Origin: Histomonas meleagridis 2922-C6/04-290x
Lineage: Eukaryota; Protista; Parabasalia
Reading direction: 5' to 3'
Length of the DNA stretch: 64,000 nucleotides
Assembly: GCA_020184695.1 (NCBI GenBank)
Contig: JAANOX010000246.1
Location: 134,597 to 198,596, forward strand
Position numbers and translations under genes: made by a program. Shown piece after piece: positions 32,394 through 45,380 of the stretch. How positions within the stretch are numbered: the first letter of the stretch is position 1; the number at the start of each line of letters is the position of its first letter. The notes under the pieces are model-generated. The model did not search any database, was not told where the DNA came from, and saw only the letters and a program-made list of their open reading frames with translations.

Positions 32394-35300
32394 TTAAGTT
32401 TGGAAATTCATATGAATTTCATTCATCAATCTCTGGTAAGAATCGATAAAGAAATGTAATTTATTTTGATCACCTCCTAACTCATTCGAGATATTCGCAG
32501 CGAAGTTATCATCCATTGGATATTTCATACTAATATTTTGTAATAAAACGCTCCAAACGATGACTGCAATATTCATTTTCTGTATATTTACATAAGGCTG
32601 AGCTACAGCTTCAATTATTGCATGAACAAACATATCTTTTTGTTGTGTGTCCATTATATGTGTTAATCCGCATAAGTAATGGAAAACATGAACACTATAT
32701 TGAGGTTTTCGAGTTAAAGGAATACATTTCAAGAACAAAGGTAATGTTTCTTGAATAGGAAAATCGCCACCAATAACTTGACATACTAAAGAACAAATAG
32801 AAGCAACGAGACAATCTCTTTCTTTAGAAGGTATATCTTGTTCCATTTGTAATCGTTTTATTAAAGAATCCATTATATTCATTGCGAAGTTTTTGATCAA
32901 ATTAGTTTTAGTGACATTAACTGAAAGTAAATAAATTAGTTCTGTTATCATTGATGACTTTTGGTTTGAACCATTAAGGATCATAGAATTAATAAATGAA
33001 ATTTTAGATACAAATGAATCGGAATTTATTAATTCGGTATATCTTTCTAATATTATAAAGATTGTCTTAATTGAGAAATCTTGAACATAAGGTTTAGTTA
33101 TTATTAACAATAAAAAGTTAAACACATTTCCTATTAATTGCATATCTTCACTTGCACTAATTAATGTAATAAAAGGAATTTGTATTTCTGCTAATATTTC
33201 GCCTAATTCAAAACTTGAAGCATAATCAACTTCATTAATTATTGTTATTATTTTATGTATCAATGAATTTATTATTGTTGGTTTAATGATATCATTTCCA
33301 AAATAAAAAATCGAATTCATTATAACTTTTAAATAATAACTTAAACTATCATAATCATTAGGGATTAAATCTTGATAACATTTTTCGATAAGTGGTTGAA
33401 TTTGTTCCTTTTGTAAAAAACATAAAATTGTTGATAATGAATTCATTGAAGCTTCAATACATATTGGAAATATAAAATAATTCGACAGATACAAAATTAC
33501 ATTATAAATTTTTAATATTAATTCTTCTTGCTTTAAGTTTTTCGATATTTTACTTAAAATATTTAATGCAAGTGAGCCTGATTTAATTGATGGTTGAATT
33601 GGTATATTTTCTGTTGTATATAATTCTAATTGATTTATTATATTCTTATTAATGTTAACTAATAGTTCTTTAATAATAGGATCTAGAAAACAAAATAAAT
33701 TAGTTTTATATGTTTTAAATAATACTATAAAACATTTCATTACTTCAATTGAACTTTCAGAATCATTTGTATTAATTCCATTTATTATAAATTGTATCAC
33801 ATTAGGTAAATGTGGAATAAGTAAATCACTTGCACATATCGCTAAACTTGATATAGACTCAAATATTATGGAATAAGTTGATTCTAATGAAATTGGATTC
33901 GAACAAATACTTTCAATGTATTGATAAATTTGCTCAAAATTTAGATTCACAAAAGATTTCGAATTCCGAATGATTTGTGTTAGGAATAATTGACCATAAA
34001 ATACGAATTTTTGATTTTGATTCGAAATTAAATGTTGCAAAAACTTAAAGACAATAGGAAATATTTCATCTGTATTATTAATCACAAATAATACATTTAA
34101 AAAAAGTTTAAAATCATCTGGACAAAAATTTATAAGATGATTTTGAATAATATTAATAACTAATATTGGTTCTTGATTGATAATAGGCTCAAAAAATTGA
34201 ATAAGTCTTTCATCAAGACATGTGCTTGCAACTTTGTGCACGAAAACTGAGTTTGATTGGAGAGCGATCAAAAACAATTCAAAAAGTTTCTTCATATGTG
34301 GCTGAAAAACTCGTTGAGAAGATGAAATAACTGCAGCACGAATTAAAATAAATGAAAAAGAGCTAACTCCTTGATCACTAGAAGATGTCAATTCCTCAAC
34401 TAACATGAATATGTTTTGTAATAAAATATTTGAATCAATCTGAGAAAATGAAAGCTTTAAAAATGCAAAAATATCAGTAAATCGATCAAAAGGATCATCA
34501 ATATCACTACTATCAAACAAAAAACGATAAATCATCTGCTCCATTTTGATAACATTTGGAACGTCCGAAAAAATTCGTTTAATATCAATTGTTGCTGTTA
34601 GCAAATTCACCAAAAGGAATTCGTGAAGCTGTATTACGTAGCTATGTGAATAATTCGTTGACTGAAGAATTTGCATGATATATGGAATAGATTCTTTAAA
34701 TGGAAATAAAGTTCCTCCTTTGTCAGTGTATTTGCTAACTGCACAAGTTATGAATGTCAATCTTGTAAAATCATTTGAAGAAATTGATTCAATAAAAAGC
34801 TTGAAAAAAGATTGTGAAATACGTGAAACGACTTCAATTTTTCCTTGGAGTAGTGCCTCTATGTGTGCGAGGAAAAATATTGATTGTTTTTCTTCTTCAA
34901 TATCAGATGATTCCAATCCTTGAATTTCAAAATTTATAAAAGATTCTATACTACTTTGAACAAGCTCACTAGGAATAGTGTCATATAATATGTTTAAAAT
35001 GGCTAATCGTTGAGAATTATTTGTTATTGATAGTGCATAATTTCCGAGATCGAGCCAAAACCCATCTGTTTTTTTTAAGAGCTCCTCAATCACCCCTAAC
35101 ATAAGTTTGGTTAAATCAGGATCATTTTCTTGAGATAAAAAACTTAAAATGCGTTGATGAAACTGCTCAATTAAATTTGGATCTGTTATTGATTTTTGAG
35201 ATCTTAAAAATATTGTGATTAAAATTAATGCATATTTAATAATAACTTGATCCTTTTCATTTAAGATTAAAAATAATGATTGAATTGTTGTTTCATTATA

Positions 35301-35405
35301 AACAATTTTTTGTAACTCCCTATCCGCACTCTGTGCAGTGTCAGGGAATCTAAGCCTTTGGAAAAGATCAATGAGATACTGGGGTGTGTATTGGTTCGTA
35401 TTCAT
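32394..35405 (-). CDS. HEAT/ARM-repeat protein (karyopherin-beta-like)
   Basis: Intact 1003-aa all-helical ORF with an importin-beta-like N-terminus (ADRELQKI..SLFLIL..IKYALILI). Confidence 0.55.
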   Translation of the reverse strand: MNTNQYTPQYLIDLFQRLRFPDTAQSADRELQKIVYNETTIQSLFLILNEKDQVIIKYALILITIFLRSQKSITDPNLIEQFHQRILSFLSQENDPDLTKLMLGVIEELLKKTDGFWLDLGNYALSITNNSQRLAILNILYDTIPSELVQSSIESFINFEIQGLESSDIEEEKQSIFFLAHIEALLQGKIEVVSRISQSFFKLFIESISSNDFTRLTFITCAVSKYTDKGGTLFPFKESIPYIMQILQSTNYSHSYVIQLHEFLLVNLLTATIDIKRIFSDVPNVIKMEQMIYRFLFDSSDIDDPFDRFTDIFAFLKLSFSQIDSNILLQNIFMLVEELTSSSDQGVSSFSFILIRAAVISSSQRVFQPHMKKLFELFLIALQSNSVFVHKVASTCLDERLIQFFEPIINQEPILVINIIQNHLINFCPDDFKLFLNVLFVINNTDEIFPIVFKFLQHLISNQNQKFVFYGQLFLTQIIRNSKSFVNLNFEQIYQYIESICSNPISLESTYSIIFESISSLAICASDLLIPHLPNVIQFIINGINTNDSESSIEVMKCFIVLFKTYKTNLFCFLDPIIKELLVNINKNIINQLELYTTENIPIQPSIKSGSLALNILSKISKNLKQEELILKIYNVILYLSNYFIFPICIEASMNSLSTILCFLQKEQIQPLIEKCYQDLIPNDYDSLSYYLKVIMNSIFYFGNDIIKPTIINSLIHKIITIINEVDYASSFELGEILAEIQIPFITLISASEDMQLIGNVFNFLLLIITKPYVQDFSIKTIFIILERYTELINSDSFVSKISFINSMILNGSNQKSSMITELIYLLSVNVTKTNLIKNFAMNIMDSLIKRLQMEQDIPSKERDCLVASICSLVCQVIGGDFPIQETLPLFLKCIPLTRKPQYSVHVFHYLCGLTHIMDTQQKDMFVHAIIEAVAQPYVNIQKMNIAVIVWSVLLQNISMKYPMDDNFAANISNELGGDQNKLHFFIDSYQRLMNEIHMNFQT

Positions 35406-36109
35406 TGGTTGTTTTCCAATTCAATTAACTGTTCACTTCATTATGTTTTGGATTCCATTTTTCCATTTAAATTAAAAACAATCAACAAACCATCGCCAAA
35501 AACACTAAAACAACTTTCATTACATAGTATAATAGTTTTAAGATGATTAAAAAAAAAAGTTCAATTTGTAAATTTAATTTACATTATTGTTCAAAACTAC
35601 TCATTATCTTTAGACCTAACTATTGTTGATTAAATATAGACATTTCTTGTTGCAAAAGTAAGTGTATTTGTAATGTTTTTGTTTTTTGATGATATTACTT
35701 TTCCTTGTGAATTGATTTAACGTCTTTTTTGCACGTTAATTTTTTTTTCTTCATTCAAATGGAAATAATAAGGTATTACCACAGATAAAAGTAGTACTTC
35801 TAAGTGTAAACAGAATATACTTATTCAAAATTTTTAATATCTTTCTTTTGATTTTTTTTAAATGCATCTCTACCACATCATCCATAAATTTCCAATTTAT
35901 TCATTAGCTTCTTGTAAGGTGTTTATTATTTGGATAGAACTATTGTAAAGATATCTTATTAAAAACAAAGAAAAAAGCATTTTTTATGAAATCCATCATT
36001 TCTCGATAATTTTTTGATGAATTATTTTTTTTTCAACTAAATTGACAAGGTTTGTCTGTAGCAAAAAACAATTGCACAAAAATCTTGAGAAAACAAAAAG
36101 AGTACAAAG

Positions 36110-36647
36110 TCAGTATGGAGTAGTGGGTAAAACTTCTTTAGCAATAACATACAAGCAAGGCGTTTTCCCAAATACCAAATATATTCCAACAAATTTAGAT
36201 AACTATCAAAAAGATGTTAATTACAAAGAAAAAATAATTAAACTAAGCATTTGGGATACAGGCAGTGGAAATGATTATTCCAATTAAATATTCAGGTGCT
36301 AAAGTTATTCTTCTTTGTTTTTCACTTGTGGATCCAAATTCATTAAAATCTGTAACAAAACAATGGGTTCCAGAAATAAGACACTACTGTACTGATGTTC
36401 CTATTGTTTTAGTAGGTACGAAATCCGATCATCGGGATGAACCAAATCCTGATGACATTTGTTTTACCGCCTATTTCTTCTGATAGAGGACAACTAAAAG
36501 CAAATGAAATCGGTGCATCTTCTTATATTGAATGTTCTTCTAAAACTGTGTATATGTGAATGAAACTTTTCAACTTGCATCAAAAGGAAAAAATCCCGAA
36601 AAGGTAAATCACTTAATCACGAAAAAGAAGTTTGTAAAGTTTTTTAA
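36110..36647 (+). pseudogene. Disrupted Rho/Rac small GTPase
   Basis: VGKTSL..YIPTNLDNY..LSIWDT, then after a frame change VILLCFSLVD..QWVPEIRHYC..PIVLVGTKSD, then YIECSS and a terminal CKVF* CaaX-like end (TAA 36645-36647). Several frame changes, with degenerate G1 and G3 motifs. Confidence 0.8.
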
Positions 36648-37703
36648 AGTTGTATAATCTACGAAGTATTTTTTGATTTGGTTAATGAACTTTTAGCTAA
36701 AAGGTAGCATAAAATAATTTGGATATCCATATCTGGAATCAGAATAACATAAAAGTCTCCATGCATAGCTTTCAGTTGCTATAAAATTTAATATTATTAA
36801 ATGATCTTTGGGTAAATCCCTTTTGAGATTTTGACACTGTGCCATCCAAACATCACCTAAAGCTGAATTTCAGTTGTGATGTATGTGGAATTGGGATTGA
36901 TATAATTCCTTGAGTAATTTCATACGGAAGATGCTTTTGCTTTTTATTAATTCTTTCACTTAATGAAGCCGTACATCATTTATTGTTCTATTTGAACATT
37001 TAGGCGAATATTTACAATATGTTGTGCAATGTTTAAACTGCAATGCGATCAAGTCTAATTTCATTACCAAAAATACATCCAATAACAACATATCCGAGCA
37101 ATATACTGATCTTTTTTACCATTCAGATTATAATCTCAAAAATATAACATTATAATTTCGCATGTCTTCCAATTCATATATTTAAATGTAGGACATCTAC
37201 GGTATTCAATTTAGAAAAGAGTTTTCAGTTTTCTTATATTTAATATAGATAGATAATGTAAAGTTGGTTTCATGATTTCATTCTGTATTATAAAATTATA
37301 CCCTTTTCAGCATTTGCAACAAAACAATGTATAATTTAATTTTTAAATATTTTTATTGATGAGAGCTTCAAGAAGCTTGGTCAATAACATAAACAATGAA
37401 GTTAACAAAGTTTTGAATACTCAACCAAACCGATCAATTCCAACACAATTTTAATAACCGCCGGCATTTGACAACGATAAACATACAGCCTGTGATTTCA
37501 TCCGGACGGTTATATAAGACTGTACAAAAGCTTTATCAATTTCCGGTGAATTATATTCAAAAATCTGATCTGACAGAAAAAATGTCAGGAACTTCCACAC
37601 AATTTTGAGAAGGAGAAAATCGTTTCCGATCAGATCAATTTTTTTCTTCCAATTAATAAACTACACAATTAACCGTTACATCTTTTCGTCATATTTTTTT
37701 TTG

Positions 37704-39140
37704 ATGAACTTTGCACTTGCTTTTCTTCTATTACAGCAACACGTGAAGCTCTTTCGAATGAAACATTAGTCATAAATAGCGACAGCGATTTTACAGACGA
37801 ATATAAAAGAAATACAAGATTTCTTATCATTGGAAATGTTACAAAAATTCCACCTAATGCTTTTTATGAGTGGTCTCTATTGGAAACTGTAAACATTTCA
37901 GATTCAGTCGAAGAAATAGGTAAATTTGCATTTTATAATTGCTATAATTTGCGCAAAGTTAACATGGGCAAATCTATTAAAACGATTGGAAATTCCTCAT
38001 TTTACAAGTGTAAGAAGTTATTTAATGTAGCACTTCCTGAATCTGTTACAACAATTGAAAGTTATGCTTTGCTGAATCTTTAAGTGGTAATATAACAATT
38101 CCAAATTCTGTAACTAGAATTTGTGAATCTACTTTTACAAATTGTTTAAAATTATTTTATGTTACTTTCGGGGAGAAAATCGAAGTCATTGAGAAACGTG
38201 CGTTTGCCTTTTGCTTATTTTTACTCGGAATCAAATTACCAGAATCACTCAAAACGATTGAAAAAGGCGCCTTTTTTTCATGTTCTCCGGTACTGAATCA
38301 TTAGCAAAATGTAAAAAACTTAAATATATTAATGTCTCTAAAGAAAATAAATATTATACTAATGATGACAATGGAATATTATATAATAAGAACATGACAA
38401 CAATCATCTGTATGCCAATGGGAATCACACTTGAGCACTTTAAAATACCAAATACAGTAACTGTCATTGGCGATTATGCATTTTTATTTAGTCAAGTCAA
38501 AGGATTTACAATTAGTGAAAATGTTGAAATAATTGGCAAATATTCATTTGCTAAAACTATATTCTTTAACATAACAATTCCTAACTCAGTAACAATTATT
38601 GATGATTATGCATTTTGTGAAGGTCAATTAAATATTGTCGATATTGGTAATGGAACTAAAACAATTAGAAACTTTTCATTCTATGATTGTTATATAATGA
38701 GTTTAGTATTACCAAACTCATTACTTAAAATTGGTTCATTCGCTTTCTATTGTAACAGAATCAAATCATTAATCATCGGCGATAACCTGTATGAAATCGG
38801 TGAGGACGCATTCAGATATAATTCGATCGCATGCATTTACTTTAATGGTGAAAAAGAACCCGAAAATTTGAACGTTGAAAATTCTGGTTTAACATCAAAC
38901 ACAAGATACATAATGGTAACTGAGAAATATCAAAACACAACTTGGGGACCACTATATGCAACTGTTGATACTTTGATAGAGTGTAAGGAATCAAACAAAA
39001 CATTTCCAATCGCCTTGGCAGTGTGCATACCTGTTGCGGTGGTCGTTATCGTTGTTATCATTGTCGTAGTGGTCATAATGAAGAAGAAGCGTACGAAGGT
39101 TGACAACCCCGACCTAAACGACAGCCATTTATTCGAGTAA
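37704..39140 (+). pseudogene. BspA-like (TpLRR) surface protein with signal peptide, TM helix and short tail; frameshifted
   Basis: Repeated IPNSVTxIxxYAF / IGKFAFYNCxNL units, a TM segment (IALAVCIPVAVVVIVVIIVVVVIM), KKKR and a tail ending DNPDLNDSHLFE. The ATG is at 37704, with frame breaks near 37730, 38070 and 38200-38290. Confidence 0.8.
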
Positions 39141-40005
39141 ACGACTTTTTCATTAACATTTGTATTTAATCAGATTCAGATATACAAAACCGAAATATTT
39201 CTTTTTTAATTTGATTATTTATGTTGAAGTAATGGATCAATTACACAACCGCAGACCAAACCTCCAAATCCTCTCAATCGATTTTTAAAGAACCTTAGGA
39301 TTAGTACTTTAGAACGATAGGAAACGATCCCACTTTTTTAAAGAAATTATCATTCTTTCAATTCGACTTTCAATAAAAATATAAATGACACATATTTTAA
39401 ATAAAAATAATAAATGAAAAACGGTTTGGCAAAATACAGTCCGATTTAAAAATAAATTTATAAAAAAATAACCTTAATTTAAAGAATGAATTAAATCAAT
39501 TGTTGAATTAAATATTTCTTGTAATGTAATTAGAATTTGCGATGCGAATTTATTTAAGTTTGGTAAATTTTTTAATTCTTTTTGAAATGATTTAAACTCT
39601 TTCTTTTTAAATATTACATTTTCATTAAATAAATCAAATTTTATTCCGATTTTTTACAATGTTTATGAAAGAAATAAAAATAATTTATGTTTAATTGGAT
39701 ATCTTATTTTGTTAAATTCAATAAAATTGTTTTTATCGATTTAATCGAAAATTCGGGTTTTTCATGTATTAAAATTGATAATATATATAAATAGAATTTT
39801 AAATATTGTTTATTAGGATATTTTATATATAAATTAATTGCTGATTCGATAAGTTCTGAATCATTTAATTTCCCATTTGAATCAATTCTAATGCTTTTTT
39901 ATGAACGTTTTTCCTTGTTTTTTGTTTGAAGTGAATTTGCAACATCAGCAATTTTTCACATAACATTTCGTTGTATTTGGCGCCAAAACAAAGCCAAATC
40001 ATCAG

Positions 40006-42564
40006 ATGCCTCCAAAAAGCACAAGAAAGAAGAAGCCAGAAATAAACCCTGAGCATTTGCCAGAAGAAATGACAAAGGTTGGACCACATGATCCATTAAA
40101 GACATATTTTTCAGATGAATGCTCTGACGTATTATTTGAACAATGGGCTGACTTCTATGAAAAAAGACCACAAATTGCAATACGTGAATTGATTTCAATG
40201 ATTCCTTTTATTGGTGGGGTTGACATTGAAATTACAGAAAAGCAAATAAAAAAATCATTATTCAAAGAAGTAAAAGATCTTTTCCAAGAGCAAAGTGAGG
40301 ACAGGCAAGTTGATTCTCCTGTCGAATTATACTTCAAAAACCTTGATCAAAAAGCATTTAAATTTTGGACAGATTTATGTAATTCTTTGATTGTTTGCAA
40401 AGGTCTTTTCTTAGATGCATTTGACATTTTTAAAGATTGGGTGTTTGACTTTTGTGAAGCGCCAAATCGAACATTACGAGAATCAGCGATTGTTTCAATT
40501 CTAGCAATCGAAAGTTTTTTAGCAGAATCTATTTCCAAAGCATCTGAGGAGCTTGATAAACTTAACTCATCCAAAAAACAAACCAATGTTACAAAACGAC
40601 AAATTGAAGAATTTACAACTGAACTTGAATCATCACGATCCCTTTCGATGGAATTCTTCACCACTGTCATCCGCCATCGTTTTCGCGATGTTGATCCCAA
40701 GATCAGAGAACTTTGTGTTAAGACAATTGGGGAAGCCGGTATGGTAGCGCCCAATGATTTTAATGCTAATATTCTTAAATACATAACAAAGTCATTAAAT
40801 GATGAGAATGCTAAGATTCGTCGATGTTCCTTAAGTCAAATCAAAGAATTATTAAATGCTGGTGATGTTAATGCATTAAAATCATATTTCAAAACGATTA
40901 CACCAGAATTATTAACACTATGTAATGATAAAGACAATTCAATTGTTGTTGCTACATTAGGATTAATGACTAAATTAAACAAAAAGAAACTTCTTAAAGA
41001 AATTGATATTAAACCTTTATTTAAATTAACAATTGATGAAGCGCAAAATGTACGAAATGCATCTGCTAAATTTATCACTTCGTATTATTTCTTGAATAAA
41101 ATACCTAAATCAATGAAAACAAAGAATAAAGAAGAAATAAATGAATCACAATTACGTGAATTTTCGAAATTAGTTTCTAAATTTTCGAATGATGAATTAC
41201 TTGTTTGTATTGAATCATTTATCGATCATCTTGATTGCTTACAAAATTGGGAGTTAATAATGCAAATTATATTATTAAATGACAACAAAAAAGAAAATCT
41301 TTTGTTCGTAAAGATATTATGTGATTCAGCACTTTATTCTTCAAAAACAGATCAATTAACAGAAGCAATAATTCGACATTTATCAAAATTACTTAAAATG
41401 TATAAAGATAATGATGAAGCATTACTTTCATTAACATCATTATTAACACAATTTGATATTAATGCAATCGAAGGAGCAGCAGCAGAAAATCAATTTAAAA
41501 CACTTTTGGATTCATTTAAAACAATGTTTGATTCAACTCAAAACATTGATATATGTATAAATGTAATTAATGCTTTTGGTAAATGGAAAAAATCAAATGG
41601 AAAACAAACTAATAAAGTTAATTCCATATTAAAGAAGTTTGCTAAAAGTTTCGAGAAAGTTACAGATGATAACTTAATAAAGTTTTCTCTTTTTAGTCGT
41701 ATCTATGATTTTAGTCAAAATCAAGAAATACGCAATTTTTTACTCGAAGAAGTTGATAATGAAAATGATGAATTATCATCAACAGCCATTAAAACGTTAA
41801 ATAACATATTCCAAAATGACATTCAACGTCTAATGAATGCAAGTGATGGTGATAAAGCAGGATATATAGAAGAATTCCGATCTCTTCAAACGCTTTTTGG
41901 ACGGAAAATACATTTTGATTCCGACATCGTTAAGACATCTGCATTTAATGCACTTGGCACGATGTATATGTTATGTCAATTCATTAATGCTAAAGAATTA
42001 ATTGACGATACTATTAGTTATTCATTTTTTAAAGCGTTTCATTCATTAGAAAATAAAATCGATTCATTTGACTTCTTAACGAGGCCAATAATCGTACAAG
42101 CATTACCTATGAAATTTGCTGTTCATGCGTTTTGGTATATTCAAGACCCTGAATTAAAGCCTCGTGTGAAACAGTTCATGAATAATATTTCCGACTATTT
42201 GCCCGTCGAAGGTTATGAACTTGGTGAATTAGTTCGAACTTTGGATTATACTCCATCGAAGCTGAAAAGTGCGATGAAAACTTTGGCCAAGAAAGTCGAC
42301 GCAAGAAGTGCAATCGATTCTTGGCTGGATAAGCCGGATGATTCATTAATACCTTATTACGCTCCTTTCTTGTCAATGCTGACAAGTACTGAAGCGGAAT
42401 TATTACGGCCAATCGCAAAGGGACAAACTGCAATGATACTGCAGAAAATTGAAAATGGGAAGAAATTAAAACAGAAAGATTTTGTGTATGTACCACCTAA
42501 GGAAAAACAAGTGTCGGAGGAAGAAGAAGAAACAGATGAAGAAGCAGACGAAGAAGTTGAGTAA
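40006..42564 (+). CDS. SCC3: Cohesin subunit Scc3/SA (STAG domain)
   Basis: RTLRESAIVSILAIESFL and FTTVIRHRFRDVDPKIRELCVKTIG are STAG/SCD signatures. Intact 852-aa ORF. Confidence 0.88.
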   Translation: MPPKSTRKKKPEINPEHLPEEMTKVGPHDPLKTYFSDECSDVLFEQWADFYEKRPQIAIRELISMIPFIGGVDIEITEKQIKKSLFKEVKDLFQEQSEDRQVDSPVELYFKNLDQKAFKFWTDLCNSLIVCKGLFLDAFDIFKDWVFDFCEAPNRTLRESAIVSILAIESFLAESISKASEELDKLNSSKKQTNVTKRQIEEFTTELESSRSLSMEFFTTVIRHRFRDVDPKIRELCVKTIGEAGMVAPNDFNANILKYITKSLNDENAKIRRCSLSQIKELLNAGDVNALKSYFKTITPELLTLCNDKDNSIVVATLGLMTKLNKKKLLKEIDIKPLFKLTIDEAQNVRNASAKFITSYYFLNKIPKSMKTKNKEEINESQLREFSKLVSKFSNDELLVCIESFIDHLDCLQNWELIMQIILLNDNKKENLLFVKILCDSALYSSKTDQLTEAIIRHLSKLLKMYKDNDEALLSLTSLLTQFDINAIEGAAAENQFKTLLDSFKTMFDSTQNIDICINVINAFGKWKKSNGKQTNKVNSILKKFAKSFEKVTDDNLIKFSLFSRIYDFSQNQEIRNFLLEEVDNENDELSSTAIKTLNNIFQNDIQRLMNASDGDKAGYIEEFRSLQTLFGRKIHFDSDIVKTSAFNALGTMYMLCQFINAKELIDDTISYSFFKAFHSLENKIDSFDFLTRPIIVQALPMKFAVHAFWYIQDPELKPRVKQFMNNISDYLPVEGYELGELVRTLDYTPSKLKSAMKTLAKKVDARSAIDSWLDKPDDSLIPYYAPFLSMLTSTEAELLRPIAKGQTAMILQKIENGKKLKQKDFVYVPPKEKQVSEEEEETDEEADEEVE

Positions 42565-43384
42565 AATTTTTAATTTTTTATGATTTATTTTGCTATTAAA
42601 TATTTCACAAATAATCAAAAAAGAGTTTTAAATATGTATTTTTGGTAAATTTCTTATAAGTAATAAAGAAAAATATTATGTTTCATTTGATTGAATTTTT
42701 TCTGTTTAAATAATTTAATCAAATATAAATTAGATTGATTTTAATATAAAGAAGAATTTGAACTTTCGTTTTTGCACTTAATTTTTTCGGTTTTAACTAA
42801 ATTTAATGAATGATTGAATTTATTTAAATTTTTACTAATTTTTCCAGGCTTTTGGTTACTGTTTACCACAAAATGAATAGAATATGGGAAACACCACCTG
42901 TTGATCAGAATTCATATACAACAGAAAAAATCATTAATGGAAAAATTATTATAATATATATGGGTTGTTTTCTATTTGATCCCAAAATCTTAGGGAAACA
43001 AATTCCTAGACCAATAACGCCATTCTTATTGAACAGTGATTGGATTTTTTCCAACAATTCAAAGCATGAATATCTAGAAAAATAGATTTATAAATTGATG
43101 CTTTTTTATTTTTCAATTAATTCATTTTGAAGATTAAATAATTATAAAATATTTAAGTTAATAGATAATGAGTCTTACATAATAATTGCTTTTATCATTT
43201 CTATTTAATGAATATTCAAAATATGATCTTTTGCATTTATTTTAAACATAGAATGTTTCCGATGGATAAATCATTATTATTATATATATAAGAGTTGATT
43301 AATAAACAATTAGAATTAATGTACAAAATTAAAAAAGTTTTTTTATATATTTTTTAGTATTAAAAAACATGTTTTAATTGGAAG

Positions 43385-44359
43385 TTATTTTGTTTTCTGC
43401 GATTGATTTGAATTAAGTTTTGGTTGTGTTATTGTTGGTTTTTGTTGTTTATCTTTTTCCTCTTTCTTTTTCATCTCAATTTTTCCTTCCAATTTTTCAA
43501 TTTTTCGTTTTGTTTTTTCGGCTTGCTTTTCAAGTTCCAAATCACTATAAATGGAATATGCGTTTTGATACAAATCAATTGCACCTTTGAGATTTCCGCT
43601 TTGTTCAGTACAATGCGCTGTCTCATACATTAGTGATGCAACTTGTTCATCTTGTTCCCCTTTGTTTGCTATATCTAATGATTGATACGCTTTTTCATAA
43701 AAAGAAATTGATGTTTCATATTCACCAAAATAAAAATTGGTTCGTGCAAATATGATATCTCTTTTATACATCAAATATTTGTTTTCGCTCTCATACTCAG
43801 AATACCCTTTAAGAGTTCGCTCAGCTCTTTGTATGTTGTTGAATCTTTCGGAATCAGAAGAAGTTTCAATTTGAATGGAAGATGTGGCAGATTCGACAGC
43901 AATCCTAAATTTGTCTTCATCACTCGCATCAATTTCTTCACTGATTTCTTTGGCTTTGAGAATAAGCCTTTTTGAACTTTCTGGTCTATTGTTTTGATTA
44001 TAAAATTCAACAAGATCCATAATTGAATCCATGGCCTCTTTAGACAGTTCACCATATTCCATAGAAGTTAGTATTTTTTTATGGACTAAAAGTTTGAATT
44101 TTTTGTTAATGGAAATATCTTCTGAATCTAAAAGATCGTTGATGTCTGAAATTTTATCCGCAGGTGTCCTAGTATCCATGGCCTCTTCTGGATGCTCCGA
44201 AAAATATTTTAAGGCGTATTCTTTTGGTTGAGTTGAAATATCGTTTTTTGTAATTTTGTTTTTATTTGGAACACGCGAAAGCCGATTTAAAGATGATTCC
44301 ATTTCAATGGTTTGCTTTTTGGTTGTATTTTTCTTTTCTCCCCATGGAAGTGTGTTCAT
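43385..44359 (-). CDS. TPR-repeat protein
   Basis: TPR-like helices (FYFGEYETSISFYEKAY; YETAHCTEQSGNLKGAIDLYQNAYSIY) and a Lys-rich tail. Confidence 0.7.
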   Translation of the reverse strand: MNTLPWGEKKNTTKKQTIEMESSLNRLSRVPNKNKITKNDISTQPKEYALKYFSEHPEEAMDTRTPADKISDINDLLDSEDISINKKFKLLVHKKILTSMEYGELSKEAMDSIMDLVEFYNQNNRPESSKRLILKAKEISEEIDASDEDKFRIAVESATSSIQIETSSDSERFNNIQRAERTLKGYSEYESENKYLMYKRDIIFARTNFYFGEYETSISFYEKAYQSLDIANKGEQDEQVASLMYETAHCTEQSGNLKGAIDLYQNAYSIYSDLELEKQAEKTKRKIEKLEGKIEMKKKEEKDKQQKPTITQPKLNSNQSQKTK

Positions 44360-44874
44360 TCCATTCTTATTAAATTAACGTACTTTGTGCGTGAATCCAC
44401 TTTTCAAACAAAAATGTCTTGGAAGCAAAAAATATTATTCGTTTCGTAACACACGTGAAATTCATACAAATATTTGTTCCCATAATTTCTGCTAATGAAG
44501 ACCTAAATCAAAATTTTGTTCAATGTGATTTATTTATAATGTACTGAATATAATAATATTATCTAACTAATTTTTTTTTTAATTACAGAGTTAGGGGAGA
44601 TCTGTGAAAAATGCTTTAAAGTTATTGAATTTTTCAAAATTGAAATTACGAGAAAAGAACATTTTTACTTATATATTTACATTTTAGAGAATAACTGTAC
44701 AACAAATTTAAGGTATTGATTAAATTCAAATATTATGTATTTTTGTAACCTGAAATTAAAAAAAAAATTATTTTCGAAAAAAAAATCAAATTGATGCAAC
44801 TTTCATACTCTCGTTGGTCCAAAAAGCTCAAAAGGTTTAAAGAAAAACAATAAATTTTTTGAAACAAGTACGCT

Positions 44875-45380
44875 TTGATGCTTTATCCCCGTCAAAATCT
44901 TGACTTTATAAAATGCTTTTTTGAAATCAATGTTTCTTTAGATCATCTTGAGCTCAAGCTCTGGCGGTTTCCGAAAAATTTGAGCCAAATCTGTTCGTCA
45001 CTCCCTGAAGTATTTCTGATTAAATTGCCACAATTATCGTCCCCGAGTGAATGGACGATCAAATCGATCCGTATGACTTACCTACACCCATTCGCATTAT
45101 GGTTGCCTGCTAATACACTTTGGTACTCTTTCCTTTTTTTCCCATAGTAATTCCCATTCTCCTGATTTTCAAATTTTTTAATACAATTATTCATGGTGAA
45201 TTAGCTATTACTATTCCACTAGATCAAAAAGATAATAATATAATCCCTTATTCCAAGGAGGATAGCTCTTATTTCAATGAGGATAACCCTTATTTCAATG
45301 AGGAACAAGCATATACTCAAGGAACACAATATTACCCGTGTGTAAATGAAATGATGGAGGATGACTTCTTGGTTAATTAA
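44875..45380 (+). CDS. Hypothetical membrane protein, apparently frameshifted at a T run near 45133-45140
   Basis: ORF 44875-45147 (..LWYSFLFFP*) and ORF 45120-45380 (FFPIVIPILLIFKFF..) join into one hydrophobic segment if one T is added. Confidence 0.45.

Noticed and set aside
42852-43085. Ras-like GTPase remnant (NSYTTEKIINGK)
   Set aside because: Only a few residues of similarity, and none of the G-box motifs are present.
44541-44588. Intron-like GTACTG..CTAAC..polyT..ACAG string
   Set aside because: It is intergenic with no flanking coding frame, and does not have the fused branch/3' site typical of this lineage.
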